A DNA stretch of 64,000 bases from Bacteroidales bacterium (GTDB taxonomy: Bacteria; Bacteroidota; Bacteroidia; Bacteroidales; DTU049), in contig JAOAAK010000014.1 in NCBI GenBank assembly GCA_026418905.1, forward strand, positions 6,231-70,230, read 5' to 3'. The translations under genes and the position numbers were made by a program. The notes below the pieces were generated by a model that saw nothing but the letters and a program-made list of their open reading frames with translations, did no database searches and was not told the DNA's origin. Each line of letters opens with the position of its first letter. Within the stretch, counting starts at the first letter, position 1. Below, piece by piece: positions 36,043 to 45,326 of the stretch.

Positions 36043-37356
36043 TTAATGTTTTTTCGTTTTTTTAATTCCACCAGTAGCTAACGTATGCATGAGTTTTCTG
36101 GCTTCTTCAAATTGTTTTAGCAATCGGTTTACTTCTTCAACTGTCCTTCCACTGCCACGAGCAATCCTCAGTTTTCGTGAACCATTCAAGATGGTAGGAT
36201 TTTGACGTTCTTCTGGAGTCATAGAATAGATAATAGCTTCAATATGTTTGAAGGTATTATCGTCAAAATCAATATCCTTAATGGCTTTTCCCATCCCAGG
36301 GATCATGGCAAGAAGATCTTTCATGTTTCCCATGCGTTTAATTTGCTGGAGTTGTTTAAGGAAGTCATCAAGGTTGAATTGGTTTTTAGCTATTTTTTTC
36401 TGAAGTTTGCGAGCTTCTTCCTCATCTATTTGTTCTTTAGCTTTCTCAACAAGAGATACGATATCGCCCATTCCAAGAATACGGGATGCCATGCGATCTG
36501 GATAAAAAATATCAATATCATCCAGCTTTTCACCCGTACTAGCGAAAAGAATGGGTTTGTTAACTTCAGCCTTAATGGAAAGGGCAGCTCCTCCGCGAGC
36601 ATCACCATCCAATTTGGTAAGAACAACTCCCTCATAATCAAGTACGTCGTTGAAAGCTCTAGCAGTGTTAACTGCATCTTGTCCAGTCATGGAATCGACG
36701 ACAAATAAAGTGTCAGAAGGTTGAAGTAGCTGATGTAACGTATGAATTTCGTTCATCATATCCTGATCAATTGTCGTTCTACCAGCAGTATCAACAATCA
36801 CCACATTGTAACCATACGTTTTTGCATGTTGAATAGCATTTTTGGCAATTTTAATCGGATCATCAATACCATCTTCAGAATAGACGGGGACTTGAATCTG
36901 TTCACCTAAAGTTTTCAATTGCAGAATTGCGGCCGGCCTGTATACGTCGCAGGCAACAAGCATTGGATTACGACTTTTTTTGGTCTTCAGAAATTTTGCC
37001 AATTTAGCAGCAAAAGTAGTTTTACCCGAACCTTGTAGGCCTGCAAGCAAGACTATCGGGGGATTTCCTTTGAGTTTTAGTTCAGTGTATGTTCCTCCCA
37101 TCAAACTGACCAATTCATCGTATACAATTTTTACAAACATTTGGCCAGGTGATACGGATTTGTATACTTCTTGACCAATTGCTTTTTCTTTAACTTTCTC
37201 AGTAAATTCCTTAGCTATTTTATAGCTTACATCAGCTTCTATAAGAGCGCGCCTGATTTCTTTAACTGTTTCAGCTATGTTAATTTCGGATATACGTGCT
37301 TGCCCTTTTAATCTGCGAAAAGCATCATCGAGACGGTCAATCAATCGTTCAAACAT
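36043..37356 (-). CDS. ffh: Signal recognition particle protein
   Basis: GLQGSGKTT, DTAGR and TKLDGDARGG, with a Met-rich M domain (MGNMKDLLAMIPGMG). Confidence 0.95.
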   Translation of the reverse strand: MFERLIDRLDDAFRRLKGQARISEINIAETVKEIRRALIEADVSYKIAKEFTEKVKEKAIGQEVYKSVSPGQMFVKIVYDELVSLMGGTYTELKLKGNPPIVLLAGLQGSGKTTFAAKLAKFLKTKKSRNPMLVACDVYRPAAILQLKTLGEQIQVPVYSEDGIDDPIKIAKNAIQHAKTYGYNVVIVDTAGRTTIDQDMMNEIHTLHQLLQPSDTLFVVDSMTGQDAVNTARAFNDVLDYEGVVLTKLDGDARGGAALSIKAEVNKPILFASTGEKLDDIDIFYPDRMASRILGMGDIVSLVEKAKEQIDEEEARKLQKKIAKNQFNLDDFLKQLQQIKRMGNMKDLLAMIPGMGKAIKDIDFDDNTFKHIEAIIYSMTPEERQNPTILNGSRKLRIARGSGRTVEEVNRLLKQFEEARKLMHTLATGGIKKTKKH

Positions 37357-37376
37357 GACTTTTCGTTATATTTTCG

Positions 37377-37384
37377 CAAATGTA
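37377..37384 (-). promoter_or_regulatory. Bacteroidota -7 promoter box (TAnnTTTG)
   Basis: The minus strand reads tacatttg, 20 nt upstream of the ffh ATG at 37356. Confidence 0.45.
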
Positions 37385-37620
37385 CATTAAAAATTCGGTT
37401 CTATCAATGTATATGTTTTTTATTTAGTTATAGCAATGTATTATTTAATTCACTTACTGAACTAGATGTACGTGATAAATTTTTTAAAGTACACAAAAAC
37501 TGATTTCTCTTTGATTACTGCCAAATCGCGAAAATTAATACACGTATCGCAATTGATAAACATCAATGGTTTTTTGTTTTTTTTTGGATAACGATTATTT
37601 TAATAATTGCTAAGAATACC

Positions 37621-37628
37621 TATTTTTG
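37621..37628 (+). promoter_or_regulatory. Bacteroidota -7 promoter box (TAnnTTTG)
   Basis: tatttttg, 23 nt upstream of the ATG at 37652. It lies inside the ORF-track TTG-initiated extension (37607), which argues against that extension. Confidence 0.45.
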
Positions 37629-37651
37629 CTTGTCACGAAAAAGCATGTGGT

Positions 37652-38992
37652 ATGAAAAATATTTTAATTTTAGGTGCAGGACTTTCTGCAAGTACCATGA
37701 TCAGATATTTGCTCGAATCAGGTAAAACAAATGGGTGGACAGTAACAATCACGAGTCGTAGCATTCAGAAATCTCAAGAAAAAATTGGTCATTATAGTAA
37801 TGGTATACCTGAAACGTATGAAATAGGTGACGACAAAAAATTACAAGAGTTAATATCAAAAGCAGATGTAGTGGTTAGCATGTTACCTGCCAGGTATCAT
37901 CCTATAGTTGCCAGGCACTGTTTATCTATGAAAAAACACCTTTTTACTACGTCTTACGTTTCACCCGAGATGCTTGCTTTGGATCAGGAAGCTAGATCTA
38001 AAGGTTTGCTCTTTTTGAATGAATGTGGAGTTGATCCTGGTATTGATCATATGTCGGCTATGAAGAAGATTCATGAAATACGAAACAAAGGTGGTAAGGT
38101 GATAGGTTTCATGTCCAATACTGGTGGCTTAATTGCTCCTGAGTACGACAATAACCCATGGCATTACAAGTTCACTTGGAACCCCCGAAACGTAGTTCTT
38201 GCCGGACAGGCTGGAGGACGTTATCTTTGGCATGGTGAATACAAATATATTCCGTATCATCGTTTATTCGAACGAATCGAAATAACAGAAGTGCTTGATT
38301 ATGGTAAGTTTGAAATTTATGCCAATCGTGACTCGTTAAATTATATCTCGGTATATGGTCTTGAAGGTATTGAAACCATTTTTAGAGGAACTTTTCGTCG
38401 TCCTGGCTATTGCGAAGCATGGAATAAGTTTGTACAACTAGGAATTACTGACGATAGCTATGAAATCGAAAATCCTGATAAGTTGACTTATCGTTCTTTC
38501 ATTAGAGCTTTTCTGCCTTATCGTTCTAATTTGAGTGTTGAAGATAATTTCTGTCAATACCTTGGCATCAACCGTGAAAGTGAAACATACAAAAAATTTG
38601 AATGGCTCGGTATCTTTGAAGAAAAACCAGTTCCAACCGGTTGTAAAACTCCTGCCCAAATTCTTCAAGCTCTGCTCGAAGAAAAATGGAAATTAGAAGA
38701 ACATGATTTGGATATGATAGTTATGCAACATACATTTGACTACGTCCTCGATGGTAAAAAGAAACGTGAACTTTCTTCTATGGTGATTATAGGTCGGAAC
38801 ACAGTCGATACTGCCATGTCCATTACTGTTGGCATGCCTTTGGCTATAGCTATTGAACTATTCTTAACGAATAAGATCCAAGCAACTGGTGTTAAAATTC
38901 CTGTTACACCCGATTTATATGAACCAATTCTTGAAAGATTGGTAGATTGGAATGTTCGTTTTATTGATGAAGAAGTACCTTATCAGGACTGA
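37652..38992 (+). CDS. Saccharopine dehydrogenase (LYS9-like, glutamate-forming) family protein
   Basis: Rossmann motif ILILGAGLSA, and GVDPGIDHM...GGL.APE..NNPW.YKF.W.PR, as in the fungal and bacterial LYS9 family. Confidence 0.8.
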   Translation: MKNILILGAGLSASTMIRYLLESGKTNGWTVTITSRSIQKSQEKIGHYSNGIPETYEIGDDKKLQELISKADVVVSMLPARYHPIVARHCLSMKKHLFTTSYVSPEMLALDQEARSKGLLFLNECGVDPGIDHMSAMKKIHEIRNKGGKVIGFMSNTGGLIAPEYDNNPWHYKFTWNPRNVVLAGQAGGRYLWHGEYKYIPYHRLFERIEITEVLDYGKFEIYANRDSLNYISVYGLEGIETIFRGTFRRPGYCEAWNKFVQLGITDDSYEIENPDKLTYRSFIRAFLPYRSNLSVEDNFCQYLGINRESETYKKFEWLGIFEEKPVPTGCKTPAQILQALLEEKWKLEEHDLDMIVMQHTFDYVLDGKKKRELSSMVIIGRNTVDTAMSITVGMPLAIAIELFLTNKIQATGVKIPVTPDLYEPILERLVDWNVRFIDEEVPYQD

Positions 38993-40224
38993 TGCATTAA
39001 AGACTGATATACTCTGAAATACATTTTACTACCATAAGTGATATCAAAATAGGTACGAGAAATAGATCTTATGTCTTTAAAAGAAGAATGAATTAATTTC
39101 ATGGCAGCATCTCTGTAAGAGTCTTTCGATAATTCTTTTACTATTATTCCCAATTGGTATTCTTCTATCAATTTTGTGTCGCCAATGTTTTGATTAATGA
39201 TGACAGGTTTGTTCATAGCAAAAGCTTCTGCCATTTTGATGGGAGATGATGCAATTTTACTAAAAGCTGGTTTGATAAACATAATGACAGCGTCCATCAA
39301 ATGGATGTACATAGGAATGAGATGGTAAGGAACTCGTTCAACTAAAACGATTGAATTTTCAGATAATATTTTCTGCTTAACTAAATGATCAATGTGATTA
39401 ACAACCAACAGAAAATAGGCATCTTGTCGTTGTTTTTTTAATTCTTTGAAAAAATCAATCATTTCATCGATTAAGTACCATGTTCCTGTCGATCCGATGT
39501 AGCCAAGAATGAACGATCGCTCTGGAATTAAAAGAGTATCACGCAAATGATTTGCTTCTTCATTGTTTATTAAACTCGGGTCAAAAGAAATATATGAAGT
39601 ACAGCAGGGTATTACTGAGATTTTTTCATGTTTGACATTCCAGTTTTTTTGCATCCATTGAGATGCAACATGTGTAAGACTAATGATATGACTTGAATGG
39701 TGAATAAATTTTTGTTCGAGATTTTTAAAATATGTGTAAAGAATATTAGTGAAAAAATTTTTTTTCCAAATGTGTCCGTCAATGCGTTCGTCCACCCAAA
39801 AGCCTCGCATATCAAAAACAAAGGGTGTGTTGTATTTTCGAATAAAATGGTATAAAATCCATGCAGCCACATAACTTCTTGCATGAGCAACCGCTATAGG
39901 ATATCTTGAAAAAATATAGCTTGTAAGTTTTCTCCCTTTAATGAGGTTCAACAAAGTCGATAAGATTGGAATTTTTCGATCAAATTTAATTGGAAACCAA
40001 AGAATTGAGGTTTGAGCAAGAAAAGTTCTCATTTGATGAAAAGAAGTAGAATTAAAATCTTTTTCATAACTCACTAAAATAAAATGTAAGTCTCGCTGTA
40101 ATTCAAGAAGATAGGGTAATATTTGAGATCTTCCGACGGGATCTAGTATTCCATCATAAGAAAGGTAAAAGACAAGAGGTTTGCTACTTGATGACTTTTT
40201 TAAAAAGTCGCTTGTATGTTGCAT
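38983..40224 (-). CDS. Glycosyltransferase, GT-B fold (GT4-like)
   Basis: N-terminus LSYDGILDP.GRSQ, with an E-x7-E-like region in the C-terminal half. The start is uncertain (ATG at 40224 or 40263). Either choice overlaps the upstream gene's stop at 40184. Confidence 0.65.
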   Translation of the reverse strand: MQHTSDFLKKSSSSKPLVFYLSYDGILDPVGRSQILPYLLELQRDLHFILVSYEKDFNSTSFHQMRTFLAQTSILWFPIKFDRKIPILSTLLNLIKGRKLTSYIFSRYPIAVAHARSYVAAWILYHFIRKYNTPFVFDMRGFWVDERIDGHIWKKNFFTNILYTYFKNLEQKFIHHSSHIISLTHVASQWMQKNWNVKHEKISVIPCCTSYISFDPSLINNEEANHLRDTLLIPERSFILGYIGSTGTWYLIDEMIDFFKELKKQRQDAYFLLVVNHIDHLVKQKILSENSIVLVERVPYHLIPMYIHLMDAVIMFIKPAFSKIASSPIKMAEAFAMNKPVIINQNIGDTKLIEEYQLGIIVKELSKDSYRDAAMKLIHSSFKDIRSISRTYFDITYGSKMYFRVYQSLMHQS

Positions 40225-41317
40225 AAACAAAGTCAATCCATTTTTCGTTGTTAGGATAGTCAAAATAAAGCTTCGGAGGTTTGTTGTACATTTCGTCGAA
40301 TTCTTTTCTAGTGATATTCCATTTCACACAAATTTTTTCAATTTCTTCGTCGACGTTCATTCCTTCATATGGAGAATGAGAAAGTATTTCAAGAGCTTCG
40401 TCACGCGTCAATGTTTTTAGTCCTGTTGTTATGCCATATAAAATCTGACATGAGAGAGTAGCACGTCGGTAATCTATTTTGAATTTTTCTGGTAAAATGT
40501 ATCGTTGGACAAAACCTGTGAAAGTAGATTCATTGTGCTTGCTTCCATAGTAATCCCATCCAAGTTTTTCGTTAAGTTCAGCAATAGCTTTTTCTTTCAC
40601 GTATGGAATAAAGTTCAGAATGTACACGTATTGTATTCCCTTAATGAATTTATAATAAAATTCATCATAAAGGGTAAAAAATGGGAATTTTCGAGGATCT
40701 GCATTAGAAAATGTTTTGACAATGTATTTGAAATATTTCCAATCCTTGGGGTAATAGTGCCAATGTTTTGGTTTTATTCCTTCGGTGCCATAATTGCCGC
40801 CACTGATAATATACTTTACGTTGTATTTCTTTGCATACTCATGGAGAATGGCTTGCAAAGCAATGTCAGTTGGAGTTTCTATCTCTGGTACAGAAGCACG
40901 TGTAAATGCAAGTTGAAACTCTTTGAATTCATCCCAGTTGACTTGATACCTTTCAATGGGTATTCCTAGTGAGGAAAGCTTCTTTAGATTTTCTTCGGCT
41001 TGTTGGCTATTCCAAAAATTGTCAATATGTACACCCAGCAGTCGTACACCTTCCCTATGGAGAAGATAGGCAGAATAAGAACTATCCAAACCTCCACTTA
41101 CACCTATGATGCAATCATATAGTTTTCCTTTACCAGATTGTTTTATTTTTTGAATTTGTAATTTAAAAGAAGCTAAATCTGGTTCGGTTCCACGAATAAA
41201 AGGGGAAAGATTCTTAAGATAATTGTTACAATGGTTACAAAAACCATCAGCGTCGAATTGAATCCATGGATCAACTACATTATCCATGACACAACGTTTA
41301 CATGCTTGATATGCCAT
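40184..41317 (-). CDS. N-acetyl-sugar amidotransferase (WbpG/PseA-type PP-loop enzyme)
   Basis: N-terminal CKRCVMD...FD..GFCNHCNN zinc-ribbon-like motif and GVSGGLDSSY PP-loop. The ATG at 41317 gives the canonical N-terminus. Confidence 0.8.
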   Translation of the reverse strand: MAYQACKRCVMDNVVDPWIQFDADGFCNHCNNYLKNLSPFIRGTEPDLASFKLQIQKIKQSGKGKLYDCIIGVSGGLDSSYSAYLLHREGVRLLGVHIDNFWNSQQAEENLKKLSSLGIPIERYQVNWDEFKEFQLAFTRASVPEIETPTDIALQAILHEYAKKYNVKYIISGGNYGTEGIKPKHWHYYPKDWKYFKYIVKTFSNADPRKFPFFTLYDEFYYKFIKGIQYVYILNFIPYVKEKAIAELNEKLGWDYYGSKHNESTFTGFVQRYILPEKFKIDYRRATLSCQILYGITTGLKTLTRDEALEILSHSPYEGMNVDEEIEKICVKWNITRKEFDEMYNKPPKLYFDYPNNEKWIDFVYATYKRLFKKVIK

Positions 41318-41330
41318 ATGAAATTTTTTG

Positions 41331-41338
41331 CAAATATA
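41331..41338 (-). promoter_or_regulatory. Bacteroidota -7 promoter box (TAnnTTTG)
   Basis: The minus strand reads tatatttg, 13 nt upstream of the ATG at 41317. It lies inside the ORF-track extension to 41395. Confidence 0.45.
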
Positions 41339-41802
41339 TGTATATTCTTTAATAAAAATTAGAAAAATGATGAACACTTTATATGTTGAAAGCAAATAAC
41401 TTATAACGAGGTTAACATATGTAAAGAACGTTATTTATCAAAAAAAGATACAAACACACATTTCATAACCTTAATTTTAAGTTGTACATTTATTGTTGCC
41501 TTACTTTTTGAGTTACGATAAAACTTAATATCGTTTCTATGTATAATGTATGTGGAATTTTTGCAGTAACTTAATGTTTTAGCACTAGTCATAATGTTAT
41601 CAGTAAAATGAGATGCCAGTTTATATAACGATTTTTTTTACTGGACTTATTGCATCAAAATTTTACTAAGACAAGCCTAATGAATAAAATTTATCTATTA
41701 GTTTTAATAATTACAAGTGTAGATTAGAAACATAAACTACGTGCTGTAAGTTCTAAAAAAATGATTTTAATTAACTCTTTTGTTACATTTAATTTTTTCT
41801 TC

Positions 41803-42858
41803 CTAGTTTATTCTTTTGACCAATATAAATCCACTTATATTGTTTTGAGGTGCAACGAAATGACCAATTTCAGTCCAGGGAGTTGTGGTGTTGTTCCAAA
41901 CAGATTGAGAAACGTTAAAACCATAATCAGTACAGCCATTAAGAGAAGCCATTATTTTTTTCCTTGTAGCTCCATAGTAAAAAAGATATAATTTCATAAA
42001 ACACGGACCTACTTCGCCACCAAAATGCCCCACGTCAAATGAAAAAGAAGAAGAATACCAAGTATTGATGTCTCCTTCATGGCCTATATAACCATTGGGA
42101 GTACCAGGAGCGGGAGTACTTATTCTATCTCCTGTGAATTGATTGGAGTAGGTCAAACCATTGGGATAGATATGATAATTAGAATTCAAAATGGCGCTAT
42201 AGGTACAAACTAAAATTTCATAAATTATAGGGAAAGAGTTTTGTGGAATAGCAATTCGAATAGGGACCGTAGTGGTATTAGTAAAATTAATCATTGCTTC
42301 TTCACCCACTGCTAGTAAATAATTGGTCGTTGCATTGCTTAAATCTACACGGCGAAATGTATAAGTTTCGGTTCGCACTGGTCCTGCCACATCCAACATC
42401 ATCCCTGGCGTAGGGGTTCCTATGCCCACATTTCCATCTATATCTATGATAGCCCTCAGATTGTTGTTAGTTTTTATGATGAAAGGTTGCGCATCTGTTG
42501 TTCCTATGAAATTTGCTGGCGTAGTTCCACTATTTCCATGTAAGTTCCAAAATTCTCCCGAATGATCAAACAACCTTTTCCATTTATTGCCATCCCAATA
42601 ATAAAAACCTTTAGTAACATCATTGATGGTAGATGTATTAAATATCAATAATCCTTCGGCAGGGTTCTGTATAGGTGCCGGATTATTGGTCTGAATTAAC
42701 GAAATTCTAGGTATCAACAAGCCCTTGTCTGGAAAATCTAAATCTAATGCAGCACTTGAATGTGGAACTGAACCACTTAAATTAATGGACACTTGAGAGA
42801 AAAAGTTAATTGCTTTAATCACAAAAATTCCTCCAATTATAAACTTTTTCATAAGCAT
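41803..42858 (-). CDS. Orphan secreted protein with tail-fibre-like N-terminal modules
   Basis: Signal peptide. Motif AALDLDFPDKGLLIPRISL...P.EGLLIFNT....GFYYWDGNKW, then W.L.GN.GT...NFIGTTD.QP..IKTNN.....ID..GNVGIGTPTP...LDVAG. I recall both from Bacteroidota and phage tail-fibre-like proteins. The C-terminal roughly 190 aa is unassigned. Confidence 0.45.
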   Translation of the reverse strand: MLMKKFIIGGIFVIKAINFFSQVSINLSGSVPHSSAALDLDFPDKGLLIPRISLIQTNNPAPIQNPAEGLLIFNTSTINDVTKGFYYWDGNKWKRLFDHSGEFWNLHGNSGTTPANFIGTTDAQPFIIKTNNNLRAIIDIDGNVGIGTPTPGMMLDVAGPVRTETYTFRRVDLSNATTNYLLAVGEEAMINFTNTTTVPIRIAIPQNSFPIIYEILVCTYSAILNSNYHIYPNGLTYSNQFTGDRISTPAPGTPNGYIGHEGDINTWYSSSFSFDVGHFGGEVGPCFMKLYLFYYGATRKKIMASLNGCTDYGFNVSQSVWNNTTTPWTEIGHFVAPQNNISGFILVKRIN

Positions 42859-42886
42859 ATTTTTTTAGAATTAAAAGGGGTATGTT

Positions 42887-42894
42887 CAAATTTA
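42887..42894 (-). promoter_or_regulatory. Bacteroidota -7 promoter box (TAnnTTTG)
   Basis: The minus strand reads taaatttg, 28 nt upstream of the ATG at 42858. Confidence 0.4.
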
Positions 42895-43391
42895 CATAAA
42901 ATTTTTTAAGAATAGAACTCAAGCAAACAAAAGTTATCATGCATGTTTTTTTAATTACTTGAGCATAACTTTTCAAACTCGAATAAAAAACGAACTTTAA
43001 AAAATAATTTTTCGTTTTTTTACCATTAAAAGAGCTGAATAAAGTAAAAATAGACAAAAGTCAATTTTTTCATATAAAAAGACGTAACATATTCATTTAC
43101 AAATTCTGCTCAAACTTTATTTCGATGCATAATTTAAACTTACTGCTTTTTTAGCTCGAATGTAGCAGCGTAGGGAGAAGTAAAAGACCAAATGTGTTTT
43201 TCATTTTTTTTTGCATAAAATATCAGATTATTTCCTCTATACAAAATTTTTTTAGGACAAAATATTGATCACTACACACACGAAAAAGTTTATTTTTTCT
43301 AAATCTACGTTCTATTTAGTCTGGCAATAAACAATCATTTTTTTGATCTATTAACAAATCACTCTACATTTGATACTTTTAAAAATTTACA

Positions 43392-43399
43392 TATGTTTG
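43392..43399 (+). promoter_or_regulatory. Bacteroidota -7 promoter box (TAnnTTTG)
   Basis: tatgtttg, 18 nt upstream of the ATG at 43418. Confidence 0.45.
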
Positions 43400-43417
43400 T
43401 TAACTATCTTGAATTTT

Positions 43418-44329
43418 ATGAAAGAACCAGTCATTTCAGTTTGCATGATTACCTATAATCATGCAAGATTTATTAGAGAAGCTATAGAAAGTATTCTAAA
43501 TCAAAACATCAATTGCGATTTCGAACTTGTCATAGGCGAGGATTTAAGTACAGATGGTACTCGTGAAATCTGTGAGGATTATCAATCTAAGCATCCTGAG
43601 ATTATCCGTCTCCTTCCTCAGAAGAAGAGATTGGGGATGTCGAGAAATTTTTTTAGAACTTTGTTAGCATGTCGGGGTAAATACATTGCCATATGCGAAG
43701 GAGATGATTATTGGATTGATTCATCAAAATTGCAAAAGCAATTTGAATTGATGGAGAAAAACTCTTTGTATTCAATGTGTTTTCACAATACCATCGTCAT
43801 AGATGAGATCCATAATCATAAAAAACTTTTTGGTTCTTACCGTCGACGCATGTATGAGGGAAGAGATTTGTTAAAAGAATGGTTGATGGCAACATCAGCG
43901 GTTTTTTTTAGAAATGTTTTAAAAGAGCCTTTGCCATATTTCTTCTATCATGCGACCCATCCTGACCTAGTATTATTTTTGTATGTTTCTGATTTTGGAC
44001 CTATTGCATATATTGATGAAATTATGAGTGTCTATAGAATTCACCATAGTGGTATTACTAAAACCTCTTTCGAAAACAATTTATTGCATTATGTTTGTCA
44101 CATTAATCAGATAAAACATATGATAGGCTATTGGGGTGAAAAATACAGGCCTTTGCTAAAAAAACGAATGGCAAATTATTATATTTCCACTTCTTATCTT
44201 TTCATCAAGGAAAAAAGAAAAGAAAAAGCATTTTTTTTCTTAAAGAAATTTTTATTAACGAAAAAATATACTTTTAATCATTTCATAACTTTGATCAAAA
44301 TATTTTGGTTTTTACTAACAAAGAGATAA
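43418..44329 (+). CDS. Family-2 glycosyltransferase
   Basis: VSVCMITYNHARFIREAIESILNQ and GEDLSTDGT, followed by CEGDDYW (DxD). Confidence 0.8.
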   Translation: MKEPVISVCMITYNHARFIREAIESILNQNINCDFELVIGEDLSTDGTREICEDYQSKHPEIIRLLPQKKRLGMSRNFFRTLLACRGKYIAICEGDDYWIDSSKLQKQFELMEKNSLYSMCFHNTIVIDEIHNHKKLFGSYRRRMYEGRDLLKEWLMATSAVFFRNVLKEPLPYFFYHATHPDLVLFLYVSDFGPIAYIDEIMSVYRIHHSGITKTSFENNLLHYVCHINQIKHMIGYWGEKYRPLLKKRMANYYISTSYLFIKEKRKEKAFFFLKKFLLTKKYTFNHFITLIKIFWFLLTKR

Positions 44330-44330
44330 G

Positions 44331-45326
44331 ATGACTAGAAAATCTCTCATATGCATTACAACATGCATGCGCTTACAAGAAGTGAAAAAATATGTACTTC
44401 CATACATTGATTTTTGCAATCGTTTCGAGGGTTTTGATTTTTTACTTTCTCTTGATGGCTATGATGTAGAATATCTTGATTTTTGCAAAGAATTTCATAT
44501 CCCTTTACTTTTTTCAGAAGAACGTGAAGGGGTCGGTATTTCTAAAAACAGAGTCTTGAAAAAATTAGGGAAAAATTATGATTATATTTTTTTTATTGAT
44601 GATGATGTAGAACTAATGGATGAAACTGTTTTTTTCGATCATATTCGAACGTCGGAAGCATTAAATATACCTCATCTCTCAGCAAAAGTAATTGATAGAA
44701 ATCCTACCAGGCAAATATACAATAATGAAATTCTAGAAAAAGGCTTTAAAGGAGGAGGGCAATTTAATTTTTTCAAGTCTGAAGTATTACTGAAAATAGG
44801 GGGTTGGCATCCATATTTTTCACGTTTTAGAAGGTACGGACATGCCGAACATACGTATCGGTTTTTTCATGCTGAATTTCAAGATTATCCTTTTATAGCT
44901 TTACAAAAAACATTTTTAAAAACTTTTGTTCATGATCTTCCTCATGTAACTCAATTGATTGAAGTGCCATTTGTTGATGAATACTTTCATCCAGAGGAAT
45001 GGAAATTAATCCAGCAAAAATTAACTTTTTATCCTATTGTTACATTGTCTCCTTTTTATTTTTTAGATTACAATCGTTCCTTTAATGAAAAGATTTATGT
45101 TTTTTTATCAAAAAACAAAAGAAAAAAATATCCATTCATCCATCAACTTAAAGAAAGACGTAAATGTTTATCTGAACTTTATTTCTTTCACTTTTTAAAG
45201 GAGACAAAATTATTTCGACGAATCATGTTGTTTTTTTTGTCATTATTTTTATATCCAGGTAATAACTTAATAAAACATCATGTTAAAACAAGATGGTTTA
45301 GAAGAAATAAACATCATAAGCCATGA
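44331..45326 (+). CDS. Hypothetical GT-A-like glycosyltransferase
   Basis: Rossmann-like N-terminus and FFIDDDVEL (DxD-like). The basic C-terminal tail is otherwise unassigned. Confidence 0.45.
   Translation: MTRKSLICITTCMRLQEVKKYVLPYIDFCNRFEGFDFLLSLDGYDVEYLDFCKEFHIPLLFSEEREGVGISKNRVLKKLGKNYDYIFFIDDDVELMDETVFFDHIRTSEALNIPHLSAKVIDRNPTRQIYNNEILEKGFKGGGQFNFFKSEVLLKIGGWHPYFSRFRRYGHAEHTYRFFHAEFQDYPFIALQKTFLKTFVHDLPHVTQLIEVPFVDEYFHPEEWKLIQQKLTFYPIVTLSPFYFLDYNRSFNEKIYVFLSKNKRKKYPFIHQLKERRKCLSELYFFHFLKETKLFRRIMLFFLSLFLYPGNNLIKHHVKTRWFRRNKHHKP

Noticed and set aside
36202-36708. 168-aa ORF antisense to ffh. Similar long shadow ORFs occur at 33220-33660 (antisense to the C1 peptidase), 40505-40969 (antisense to the amidotransferase), 8220-8585 (antisense to rocD), 2232-2585 (antisense to mrcA), and 19505-19957 (same strand, alternative frame, inside the OmpA-family gene).
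   Set aside because: Each lies wholly inside a confidently assigned gene. Their translations are low-complexity, with no motif I recognise. Long stop-free antisense frames are expected in AT-rich, codon-biased genes.
42985-43020. A 10-bp perfect inverted repeat aaaaaacgaa / ttcgtttttt with a 16-nt loop, considered as a possible terminator.
   Set aside because: The stem has only two G:C pairs and a large loop, and no gene ends next to it. It is probably an AT-rich coincidence.
42887-43393. Shared 11-mer aaatttacata near both ends of the 559-nt spacer. I considered it as possible invertible-promoter or insertion boundaries.
   Set aside because: The copies are direct, not inverted. They are short and AT-only, so a chance match in such AT-rich sequence is plausible. 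No recombinase gene is nearby.
41396-43417. Prophage or mobile-element interpretation of the tail-fibre-like gene region.
   Set aside because: I could see no integrase, transposase, terminal repeats, tRNA target or other phage structural genes. Only the single gene and its AT-rich spacers are present, so I report it as an orphan cassette rather than a mobile element.
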